This document shows positions 48,576-56,807 of a DNA stretch of 64,000 nt, piece by piece. A program made the position numbers and the translations under genes. The stretch spans positions 11,163 to 75,162 of the forward strand of contig JAUSJO010000006.1 in the NCBI GenBank assembly GCA_030647205.1. Reading direction: 5' to 3'. Under the pieces are notes generated by a model. It was not told where the DNA came from, did no database searches, and was given only the letters and a program-made list of their open reading frames with translations. Each line of letters starts with the position of its first letter. Position 1 is the first letter of the stretch. Source of the stretch: a bacterium. GTDB taxonomy: Bacteria; Patescibacteriota; CPR2; UBA1875; JAJYID01.

Positions 48576-49772
48576 TTACAGATAATCCCTCAGATTGTGG
48601 CGAATGAGATTGTCAGAGATTTTAACACCTCTGGTCGCATTATCCAATACCTCAGGATCGACTACACGAGACAACTCCCGGCCTTCCTTGGCAAAAGCAT
48701 TTAGCTTGCCACCATTGAAGAAACCAACTGCATCTGCAGTGTAGTTGCACTGGCCTTGGTTGAGGTAGTAGGCCGCTTGTTCACCGATGCCGACGATATC
48801 AGCGCCAGCTTCCCGGTATTTCTTGATGTCTTCAAGCTTTATGCCGCTTGAGACAACGAGTTTGAAATCAGCCATTCCGGCCTGATCCAACATTTCACGG
48901 GTCTTTTGAACCACGTGCAGCTTCATACCGGCATCGCTTCCTGAGTTTCCGCCGATAACCGCATCAACAACCGGCTCATCATCCAGATCGGCCTTTGAGA
49001 TATCCATACGGCCGCCCGCCAGTTTGATGCCGAGCATTTCGCACGCTTTCTTGGTTGCTCGGAATGTTTCAAAGCAACCGACACTTCTTGTCACAAAGTC
49101 GCCGAGTACAAAGAGTGGCACATTGGGGTTAGCCCTATGAAAGGCGATAGTAGCGCGAATAGTAGCGGCAACGCCCGGATTATCCGTAACCTCTGCGATA
49201 ACTCTCTCCGTCCGGTCATCGAGCCTTAAAGCCCCCCACATTGCGATTTGGGAGTGGCTTTCCGTGCCAATAACCTTGTCGGCCCAACGCGGAACAGTGG
49301 AGATTATCTCTCCTTCTGATAAGGCTCTTGTAGCAATTGCCAGGTCTTCCTGAGCAAGGTATCTTGCTCCCATGAAGACCCATGGCAACTCGTCCTCATC
49401 ATGAGGGAAGTCAGCCGCGAGGGTCCGAAAACGTGTACCGGTCGTCAGATAATGCAGCAGCGTCTCATTTACTAAGAGACTTCTTGCCGGACCTTCCATG
49501 GTCATCGCCGTTTCGTGCTTCTTGAGAGCATGTCCCTCCGGAACAGAGTAGATCGTGATTGAATCGACATCGTCCGGATGGACTAAGGATGCTAGGGCGC
49601 TCAGGAATTCTTTAACTCCAAAGAACCTTGCCCCTTCGTAACGCTGAAAGAGCCGCCAAAATCCGATAGGATTCTGGTTCTCGGCCGCAAGCGCCTTGAT
49701 GCCTCGTGGAAGATAGATATCGACATCGTCAAATGTCAGTTTCGGCTTTAATGTGTTTACCTTGATGGTCAT
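48576..49772 (-). CDS. Divergent nicotinate phosphoribosyltransferase-like (type II PRTase)
   Basis: MGARY, GTESHS (cf. GTxxHS), G.RMD, SSGI, GIG; ATGA-coupled to Nudix gene. Confidence 0.75.
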   Translation of the reverse strand: MTIKVNTLKPKLTFDDVDIYLPRGIKALAAENQNPIGFWRLFQRYEGARFFGVKEFLSALASLVHPDDVDSITIYSVPEGHALKKHETAMTMEGPARSLLVNETLLHYLTTGTRFRTLAADFPHDEDELPWVFMGARYLAQEDLAIATRALSEGEIISTVPRWADKVIGTESHSQIAMWGALRLDDRTERVIAEVTDNPGVAATIRATIAFHRANPNVPLFVLGDFVTRSVGCFETFRATKKACEMLGIKLAGGRMDISKADLDDEPVVDAVIGGNSGSDAGMKLHVVQKTREMLDQAGMADFKLVVSSGIKLEDIKKYREAGADIVGIGEQAAYYLNQGQCNYTADAVGFFNGGKLNAFAKEGRELSRVVDPEVLDNATRGVKISDNLIRHNLRDYL

Positions 49773-50335
49773 TTTGTGTCCTTTCTTTTCGCGTACCACT
49801 GTTTTAACAGCAGAAGATTGCCAAACACTTTGTACCCCACTTCTTCACTCTTGGACATTTCCAAAAGCGTTTCATATGCCGTATCAATGGGTAAAAGAAG
49901 TGGTTTTGTCTGTTCGTTGGCTAGTGGCTCTCGGACTTTGACCGCACCACTGGCAACAACCAGAGATACTCTCTCATCTGTTATGCCGGGTGAGTTAACT
50001 AGCCCTCTGTCTCCACCGATTAAAACCTCTGCGTCTTTAACCTCAAATCCTGTCTCTTCCATCAGTTCTCTGACTGCGGTTTCTAACGTTCCTTCACCGT
50101 CAATGTCCAGAAGTCCTGCCGGAAACTCTATTGTGTCTGAGGCGATCAGTGGTCTTGGCTGCTTAACAAGGATAATCTCTTCATCCTCGGTAATAGCGAC
50201 TATAATCACCGCCTGTGGTGTAGAGCGCCGGACGCCAAACCATTTTTTGTTTGTGTCTTTGAAATCTTCATATTCAAGCTCAACGAATCTGGCGAATGGC
50301 GTTTCAGCCAAAACTTTCTCTTCTACTATTTTCAT
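49769..50335 (-). CDS. Nudix hydrolase, ADP-ribose pyrophosphatase-like
   Basis: KQ.RP, EFPAGL.D..E....A.RELMEETG, SPG..DE. Confidence 0.9.
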   Translation of the reverse strand: MKIVEEKVLAETPFARFVELEYEDFKDTNKKWFGVRRSTPQAVIIVAITEDEEIILVKQPRPLIASDTIEFPAGLLDIDGEGTLETAVRELMEETGFEVKDAEVLIGGDRGLVNSPGITDERVSLVVASGAVKVREPLANEQTKPLLLPIDTAYETLLEMSKSEEVGYKVFGNLLLLKQWYAKRKDTK

Positions 50336-50370
50336 TTTGTATCTCCTTTTTCTCTATTCTACCTCAATAG

Positions 50371-50501
50371 GTTTTCAAGGTACATTTTTTGGTGATCCTT
50401 ATCGGACCATGTTGTGAGGGGAATCCGACGGTTGCCGGACGCATGCCATTGCTTTAATCCCCCATTCTTTTTGGAAAAGAATAGCCTTTGTTTTAAGCTG
50501 C
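50371..50501 (-). ncRNA. Structured cis-element copy B (three-way junction + boxB-like + boxA-like)
   Basis: Shares 3' ~50 nt and stem architecture with 50951-51090. Confidence 0.6.
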
Positions 50502-50786
50502 TTAGTTGAGAGCCATTTCGGCTTCGACTGCTTGTGTCATACCGCAGATCACGCACTTCTTGACGAAGCGAACCGTGATATCGTCCGGAGCGACCAAACC
50601 CTTACCTTGCCACTTTGCTTCCGGAATCTCCGTAATAGGATCGAAAACGAATTTCGTGAAAGAGTGCAGGCAAGTGCCCTCAATCATCTTCAGTGTGGTT
50701 TTTTGCCGCTTAAGAAAATCCTGAGCCGCCTCGATGTCTCTTTCAGTATCTGCGATGATCCTTCTGAGTGTTTCTGTATTAGCCAT
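50502..50786 (-). CDS. Small coiled-coil + zinc-ribbon protein
   Basis: C.H...CVIC; SD GAGGAG. Confidence 0.65.
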   Translation of the reverse strand: MANTETLRRIIADTERDIEAAQDFLKRQKTTLKMIEGTCLHSFTKFVFDPITEIPEAKWQGKGLVAPDDITVRFVKKCVICGMTQAVEAEMALN

Positions 50787-50791
50787 TTCAA

Positions 50792-50905
50792 TCACTCCTC
50801 TTTTCTCTCAATTTTTTCCATAACCGTTGCCAAATCTCTCTCAAGCTTTGAGATGCGTTCCTGCATGGTCATCGGCCTTACAAAAATCTTTTCTCCCTTA
50901 GCCAT
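50792..50905 (-). CDS. 37-aa small protein (absent from ORF track)
   Basis: MAKGEKIFVRPMTMQERISKLERDLATVMEKIERKEE, SD-like AAAGGCGG. Confidence 0.5.
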   Translation of the reverse strand: MAKGEKIFVRPMTMQERISKLERDLATVMEKIERKEE

Positions 50906-50950
50906 AACAACCGCCTTTCTCAAAAATTTTGATAATCACTAACAGCTTAA

Positions 50951-51090
50951 GCTCTCAAGGTACATTTGTTGGTGATCCTTATCGGACCATGTATGGAGGG
51001 GATCCCCGGGCTTTTGCCCGGGGTGCTTTGCTAAAGCATTATTCCCCTCGCTTCTTTTTAAAGAAGCAGCTACAAGATAGGTATCAGCTG
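50951..51090 (-). ncRNA. Structured cis-element copy A
   Basis: GAGGGGA/UCCCCUC closes two hairpins, then GGUCC-GAUAA-GGAUC and UGUACCUUGAGA. Confidence 0.6.
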
Positions 51091-51091
51091 T

Positions 51092-51877
51092 CTAAGGTGC
51101 GGTGAAGAATCCACCGGACGTAACAGCCGACTGGCTAACTTGTATAATAGAATCGCTTACCTGTTGGAAGATCTTCCGGATCTCGGAAGGGCTTGTGCCA
51201 ACCGCGATAACGTCATTGAAACCGATCTCGTCAGCAAGACGCTGCACCTCAGCTTCATCCATCATGCCGTATGTGGTAAAACCGACATAGGCGAGAATGA
51301 ATGTCTCTTGAGCGAGAAGGGCCTTGGTGACCTTTCTGACTTCTGTGTTCGTAACTCTTGAACTGTTATCTTCACCATCGGAGAAGACTACAACCACGTT
51401 CTTGGTACGAACACCGTTGGATCTCAGCTGCTGGCCATAAGCGACTATGCCACTTAAGCCTTTGAGAACCGTGTCGTAAAGCGCTGTCCCGCCGTTCGGG
51501 AAGTAGCTGTTATCCAGATTGGGCGCTTGTTCAACCGGCAGGTAGTCGTGAACTAGATCCGATTGGGTATTGAAAATCCAGTCGGAAATGAAGATGCTCT
51601 CTGCCTTTTTGGAACCCCTCAAGGCATCAAGCAGACCTTCATAGCTCTGAACCACTACGTCACGCGCGCCGCTCATCGAGCCGCTACCGTCATGAATGAC
51701 AGAGACTAGTGTAACCTCGTCCTCGGGGATAAGGTCGATCTCTGTACCTTGACAGCCAGCAAGCGCTACTGCATCGAGGTTTGCTACCATGATCTGACTT
51801 GCCTGTTCATCCAGGCCATCTTCTACTGCTTCCTCGAAGAGATCGTTGACATCATTCATATCAGCCATTTTTGTCAC
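51092..51877 (-). CDS. vWA domain protein (TerY-like)
   Basis: MIDAS DGSGS, GGTALYD, FSDG. Confidence 0.88.
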   Translation of the reverse strand: MTKMADMNDVNDLFEEAVEDGLDEQASQIMVANLDAVALAGCQGTEIDLIPEDEVTLVSVIHDGSGSMSGARDVVVQSYEGLLDALRGSKKAESIFISDWIFNTQSDLVHDYLPVEQAPNLDNSYFPNGGTALYDTVLKGLSGIVAYGQQLRSNGVRTKNVVVVFSDGEDNSSRVTNTEVRKVTKALLAQETFILAYVGFTTYGMMDEAEVQRLADEIGFNDVIAVGTSPSEIRKIFQQVSDSIIQVSQSAVTSGGFFTAP

Positions 51878-51891
51878 CTCCTCCTTTTACG

Positions 51892-52815
51892 TTAGCCGAT
51901 CGGATCGGTAGATTTGACTAGCCGTACGCCGAGCTTTTCCATTTCGGCGAGTTCGGCATTGGCGATTTCATCGAACGGAACATCGGGATGTTCCACCGAA
52001 GAGGTGCAGTCCATCAGAAAACGGATTTTGCCGAGGATATCATCCTGACCGGCAAAGTGGTTTACGATGGAGCGCATCGTATCCAGCACACAGTGGCTTT
52101 TCGCCTCGCCGGCTACATAAACCAGGTCGTGTCTGGCAACAAGGTCCAGAAACGGAGTGTTTAAGTCACCGGCCGGGTGCTTGGGATACTTTACTTCGGG
52201 TTCTACGATGGAGTAGTTTTCCGTCTGCGGGATAGAACCCTTGACGAGGAAAACCGGCTGCGAACGCCTGGCAGCGGAGTGGAAGGCAATTGCCTCCATC
52301 AGATTCGGCACCAGTGCCTGACCGGGAGTGCCGATCATGCAGTGGAAGGGCCAGATCATCAGGGTCTTCTTGCCGCCCTTGTCGAGCTCTGTCAGGTATT
52401 TCCGCGTCCATACGGGATCGACTACAGGCCTCCACTTACCATCCTCCACGTCTTTCAGCGTGATCATCGTGTAGGGAGCAGGTGGATTCCCGTTCTCATC
52501 TACCCACCATGTGGAGTAGAAGATCTGAACGGGGATATGCGAGTCGATGCTCGAGGCGATGGTCGTCACTTGATCCAGATTCCGAAAAATCCAGTCAACT
52601 GTCCTTTCTACATCACCGAGAGCATTTGTTACCGGAAGGGCGCCGTTCGGGAAGACGAAGTCGACCTGGAAATCTACATTTACCAGGATGACTTTCTGCT
52701 TATCCTCAGTGGCCGGAGCCACGTTCTGCCGGCGGCCTTCTTCCGTTGCTTCTTGGACCTTCGGTAGTACGAGAGATCCCAAAGTAGAGGGATCATAGAA
52801 AGCTGGAGCTTTCAT
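51892..52815 (-). CDS. Nicotinamidase (PncA/isochorismatase family, long type)
   Basis: VDFQVDF..GAL, D.H, WP.HC..GT.G, KG, AKSHC catalytic triad. Confidence 0.88.
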   Translation of the reverse strand: MKAPAFYDPSTLGSLVLPKVQEATEEGRRQNVAPATEDKQKVILVNVDFQVDFVFPNGALPVTNALGDVERTVDWIFRNLDQVTTIASSIDSHIPVQIFYSTWWVDENGNPPAPYTMITLKDVEDGKWRPVVDPVWTRKYLTELDKGGKKTLMIWPFHCMIGTPGQALVPNLMEAIAFHSAARRSQPVFLVKGSIPQTENYSIVEPEVKYPKHPAGDLNTPFLDLVARHDLVYVAGEAKSHCVLDTMRSIVNHFAGQDDILGKIRFLMDCTSSVEHPDVPFDEIANAELAEMEKLGVRLVKSTDPIG

Positions 52816-52877
52816 CTTTTGTTCCTCCTTTTGGAAGTAGTTTTTGGATTTGGCTAACAAGTTTATTTTGCCTTGCC

Positions 52878-54722
52878 TCACCTCTTTCTTATCAGGAATA
52901 CTTTATTGTCGCTTACGACAACGATATTCCCCTGAAAGCCGTGGAGTTTTTCATCTCCCTGGATGAATTTGTCAGTTCCGGTAAACTCGAAAGTGCTACC
53001 TTTTGTGAGAGACTTTCCTTTTAGCCCATTTGCCGTGGCAAAAAGAAGCGAACCATTACCTAGGGTCGCACCCTGTAAGTTACCGTGATCTTCATCATTG
53101 TATGGTTCACGACTCTTAAAGAGAGAAACGCCTTTGTCACTTATATAATCAAGTAGGACAAATGCTTTACCTTTCTTTTTCGTCTCACGGATAACCAGAG
53201 TGCCCTTGGTGTCAAACCGGGCATTTAAGGAAACTAGCTTCTCGCCTTTCTCGAGTTCCCTAACATCAGCTTCATAACTGGCTCCGTTTATCAGGACCCG
53301 GTAGACCCACTTATCGAATATCCGACTAACCACTACGAGCTTTTCTTTGTCACCAACAGTTTCTCCATGAAACCAGGTCTGTTCATCGGCTATAGTGGTA
53401 ACAGTTCTGCTAACGAGATTCCCTGCCATCATTTCTGACTTTAGGAGAATACCGCCGGCCGCTCTGTATAGTGAGTCTTTAGTGCCGGATTTTACGGGAT
53501 AGTTTTGGAACAAATCGGTTGTGGTTTTTGTAACCACTGAACCATCATCTGTATCCAAGACTATCAGTCGCTCGGAGCCTTTTCTCAACAAAATTACTTT
53601 GTCGAGAGCAATGTCGAAACCCAGATCGGGAGCTACGGGGAAAAGAACAGTCTTCTGTGTTTTTCCTCCTCTCCATGTATGTAGCACTGCCATTCCATTC
53701 TCGTAGGCAATAGCATAAAGCTTGTTGCCAACTAGTTTGGAGTAGATAAAATGCCCGGACGTCTCAGAAATCATAGATATCTCATAGTCGAGAATAATCT
53801 TCTGATTTATTACAAACGCCGACTTTGTGCTGCATACCGGGCACTGACGCCTACTGTGAGGAAAATACTCATGACACTTAGGACATTCTATTAAGATGCC
53901 GTTATATTCCTCGAGAATGTTCTTTGGAAGTTGGCCTATACGGCCTTTTTCGAAAGTTTTCTCGAAGTATTCAAGCAGTGCGTCAGAAAGTATTTCCCTA
54001 CTTAGGGCAAATTTCGGATAACGCACATCTTTATCAAATGCAGTTACTTTCTTTTTTGCCCTTTCGGTCAGCTGGTTTATCTTGGGGTGAACACCTCCGT
54101 AAGGATGGACTAGAAGTAGTGAACGGAACAGAAGCACTGCGAAGCTGTACCAGTCCGTCTCGGGGGTAAAGACCAAACCACTGGTAAGATCTTTATTATA
54201 GAGAGCCGGACTTAGGAATGGCTCTGTTGCCACTTGGCAAGGAAACCGATCAAACTGAAAGCTATCTACATCTATGAAATAGACTTGGTCTTTCAGGAAG
54301 ATCTCGTTTAAGTCATTTAAGTCTCCAACCACGAAGCCGGCTCTGTGCAGTTTTTCAACTGTACTATAAGCATTCAGAAAGACATCAGTAACATCTTTGA
54401 TATTGATTCCGCTGGTTTTTCTGAAGTTTCGATTGCTCAGTTTCGCCAGCGGTTCTGCCCCAGGATCAGCAAGTGGCATCATATATCCAACCACTCTGCC
54501 GTTTCCTTCCGCTTTTACCAGTTCACGAGGTGCAAGCACCCGATCCGGTAAAAGCGGCCCTTTCTTGAGGAGAGCTTGCAGTTTCTGTGTTTTTTCTCTG
54601 CTCGGCTTGTGGAATATCTTGTATGCAGCCTTTCCTTTCTTTATTACTACTGCCTCGCCACCGGTTCCCAGCACATCTTTCGGGTTGAGATTGATGACTT
54701 TTCCCTGCACCACGACTCTCAT
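52878..54722 (-). CDS. YegI-like Ser/Thr protein kinase with Zn ribbon and beta-rich C-terminus
   Basis: LGTGGEA, YKIF, VVGDLN..N, IDVDSFQ, D.YSF..L.F....HPY.G; CxxC..CxxC. Confidence 0.85.
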   Translation of the reverse strand: MRVVVQGKVINLNPKDVLGTGGEAVVIKKGKAAYKIFHKPSREKTQKLQALLKKGPLLPDRVLAPRELVKAEGNGRVVGYMMPLADPGAEPLAKLSNRNFRKTSGINIKDVTDVFLNAYSTVEKLHRAGFVVGDLNDLNEIFLKDQVYFIDVDSFQFDRFPCQVATEPFLSPALYNKDLTSGLVFTPETDWYSFAVLLFRSLLLVHPYGGVHPKINQLTERAKKKVTAFDKDVRYPKFALSREILSDALLEYFEKTFEKGRIGQLPKNILEEYNGILIECPKCHEYFPHSRRQCPVCSTKSAFVINQKIILDYEISMISETSGHFIYSKLVGNKLYAIAYENGMAVLHTWRGGKTQKTVLFPVAPDLGFDIALDKVILLRKGSERLIVLDTDDGSVVTKTTTDLFQNYPVKSGTKDSLYRAAGGILLKSEMMAGNLVSRTVTTIADEQTWFHGETVGDKEKLVVVSRIFDKWVYRVLINGASYEADVRELEKGEKLVSLNARFDTKGTLVIRETKKKGKAFVLLDYISDKGVSLFKSREPYNDEDHGNLQGATLGNGSLLFATANGLKGKSLTKGSTFEFTGTDKFIQGDEKLHGFQGNIVVVSDNKVFLIRKR

Positions 54723-54725
54723 TTC

Positions 54726-55451
54726 TCACCCTCCTTCCGTCTGGATTTTCTCGATCGTTATCAAGGTTGCATCGTCTGAGAAGTGCTTTTTCTTTGAGTA
54801 AACGTTTAAGAGGCGCTGAACTCCATTTGGATGTTCTTTGCCCCAGAACTCGTTTATCAGCTCCGGCTCAAAGCCGTCACTTGCTATGGCAACTCTCTGA
54901 ACTTTCTGCAGATTAACCTCTATCCTCTTGAAACTGACTTGCTTTCCGAATAGACGGTAAGCGAAGTAGGCCGGTGTGTTATCCTCATCAATGACGAGAA
55001 CATCATCATCAATGAATATAGTTCCATCACCGCTTGAGAATATCACCAGTTTTTTTCCGTCAGTCACAAACCCTAAAATAGTGGCCAAGAGATTATCTTG
55101 GACAAATGGAGTCTGCCACCAGCCCCTTGAAAGTTCATCGAGAAAATCACCTGTTGAATCTTCGATGTGATCAACGATCTCTTCCAAGGACCATCTTTGG
55201 CATATTCTCGGAACTGTGCTTTCACCAAGAATGCTTACTACCCTTTGAACAATGAGATTTGCCCCGACCTCGCTGGTCTTGGCGCTCCCGCATCCATCAG
55301 AGAGAATACCCGCTCGGAGGATTTTTGGTTCTCCGAACAGCGACTTGATTGGTTCCGGCTCATAGATCTGGTAAGCATCCTGACAGTTTTTACCTATCAA
55401 GGAATGTTGCCTTCCTATAACCTTGCCTCCCCTTATTCTAAGAGTGTCCAT
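54726..55451 (-). CDS. PP2C-family phosphatase (YegK-like)
   Basis: G..H....NCQDA, SDGCGSA, GDG, ASDG, DDAT. Confidence 0.88.
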   Translation of the reverse strand: MDTLRIRGGKVIGRQHSLIGKNCQDAYQIYEPEPIKSLFGEPKILRAGILSDGCGSAKTSEVGANLIVQRVVSILGESTVPRICQRWSLEEIVDHIEDSTGDFLDELSRGWWQTPFVQDNLLATILGFVTDGKKLVIFSSGDGTIFIDDDVLVIDEDNTPAYFAYRLFGKQVSFKRIEVNLQKVQRVAIASDGFEPELINEFWGKEHPNGVQRLLNVYSKKKHFSDDATLITIEKIQTEGG

Positions 55452-55524
55452 TTTGCTTCCCTTCTATAGGTTTTAGCGATTCTTTTGTCAAAGTCCTCAT
55501 TGGTTTGATATTATCGCTCCTTTG

Positions 55525-55630
55525 TAATTGTTACACATACACTAACTCTTTCTATCAATATATAGTGTTTATATAACACTATCTATTCTGGTTATAAAAT
55601 ACACAATGATTAGTGTATATGTGACACTAT
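55525..55630. promoter_or_regulatory. Three NrtR-type operator palindromes
   Basis: 21-bp GT-N7-AC sites: TAATTGT-N7-ACACTAA (55525), ATAGTGT-N7-ACACTAT (55562, perfect arms), TTAGTGT-N7-ACACTAT (55610). Confidence 0.85.
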
Positions 55631-55656
55631 TATACGCTCTTAAAAATCGTTGTCAA
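55629..55656 (-). promoter_or_regulatory. sigma70 promoter of the PP2C-kinase-pncA operon
   Basis: TTGACA-16-TATAAT overlapping the proximal operator. Confidence 0.75.
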
Positions 55657-55697
55657 GAACTTTTTTCAAAAAAGTCTTATTTTCCCCTATTTCGTGC

Positions 55698-56384
55698 TTA
55701 TTTCTTTAAGAATTGTCCAAATGGATTGCTAATAAATCGAATGTCTTTGTCCGTGAACTGATACATTATTGCCGGACGATGAGCGCCACCCTCTTTCATC
55801 TTTGTGGCCTTGATCATTCCGGTACTTAGGATCTTTCTTCTGAAGTTTCTTTTATCGATATCCCGACCCAAAACTATCTCATAAACTTTCTGAAGATCTG
55901 TCAAAGAAAAGTATTTGGGGAGCAAACTATAAACAACATTTGTATATTCCATTTTCCAGACTAATCTTTTTGTCGCATAGCTCAGTATTTCATTATGATC
56001 AAAAGCGAGTTTTGGAATCTTTTTTAAAGGCTGCCATTTCAATCCTTTAGTATCTTTACCGTTTTTAGCAGACACTGCTTCGGCGCTGACAAGGGCAAAG
56101 TAAGCAATGGAAATTACTCTTCCTCTTGGATCTCTTTTTGGGTCACCAAACGTATAGAGCTGCTCCAGATAGACGTCCTTTACTCCTGTTTTTTCGAATA
56201 AAGTTCTCTGAGCCGCCTCTTCGAGATCTTCTTTTTCACCTACAAAACCTCCCGGAAGAGACCATCCTTCCGGTCCATATGTCCTCTCTACCGTTAAAAC
56301 ATTCAGCTCGTCGTCAATGATCGTAAAGATAACTACGTCCGTAGCAACTGATGGAGGGATAAAATTGTCTTTTTTTCTGCTCAT
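55698..56384 (-). CDS. nrtR: NrtR family regulator (Nudix + wHTH)
   Basis: WSLPGGFV, LEQLYTFG...RDPRGR, LAFDH, DKRNFRRK. Confidence 0.93.
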   Translation of the reverse strand: MSRKKDNFIPPSVATDVVIFTIIDDELNVLTVERTYGPEGWSLPGGFVGEKEDLEEAAQRTLFEKTGVKDVYLEQLYTFGDPKRDPRGRVISIAYFALVSAEAVSAKNGKDTKGLKWQPLKKIPKLAFDHNEILSYATKRLVWKMEYTNVVYSLLPKYFSLTDLQKVYEIVLGRDIDKRNFRRKILSTGMIKATKMKEGGAHRPAIMYQFTDKDIRFISNPFGQFLKK

Positions 56385-56776
56385 TATATTGCTCCTATGC
56401 TTTTCATATATTCTTCATATCTTCTGACAAACTCCTCGATATCATCTTTGTATACCCTAACTTCATGATAATCATCCGGATTGCCCTTTATCCCAATTCC
56501 ATCCCCTAAATAGGGGTATTCATCAGAAAAATTTTTGTTAATATAGCGGCTGCCGTACTGGCTTTGTTTGCCTAAAAGATCATGCGATATCACACCAAAT
56601 TTTACAAATCCTTCCTGATCTATTTCTGCAAAAATTTCCGGTAATTCTCCACCTCTGTTTTTTCTATGCCAATCATCATTTTCCTTTGCTTTCTCTAGAG
56701 CTTCTAACACCCGAGTATGCAAATCCTTTTCTTGAACCTCCTCTTGTCCTTCTTCTGTTTTTGGTATTTCTCCCAT
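56384..56776 (-). CDS. Hypothetical protein
   Basis: 130 aa ORF coupled to nrtR start. Confidence 0.65.
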   Translation of the reverse strand: MGEIPKTEEGQEEVQEKDLHTRVLEALEKAKENDDWHRKNRGGELPEIFAEIDQEGFVKFGVISHDLLGKQSQYGSRYINKNFSDEYPYLGDGIGIKGNPDDYHEVRVYKDDIEEFVRRYEEYMKSIGAI

Positions 56777-56807
56777 ATGTTTGATTTAACTACTATTTAA
56801 ATTTTCC

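Noticed and set aside
50359-50556. 65-aa ORF across RNA element copy B
   Set aside because: Overlaps the upstream gene out of frame, has no SD, and no equivalent ORF is evident over copy A
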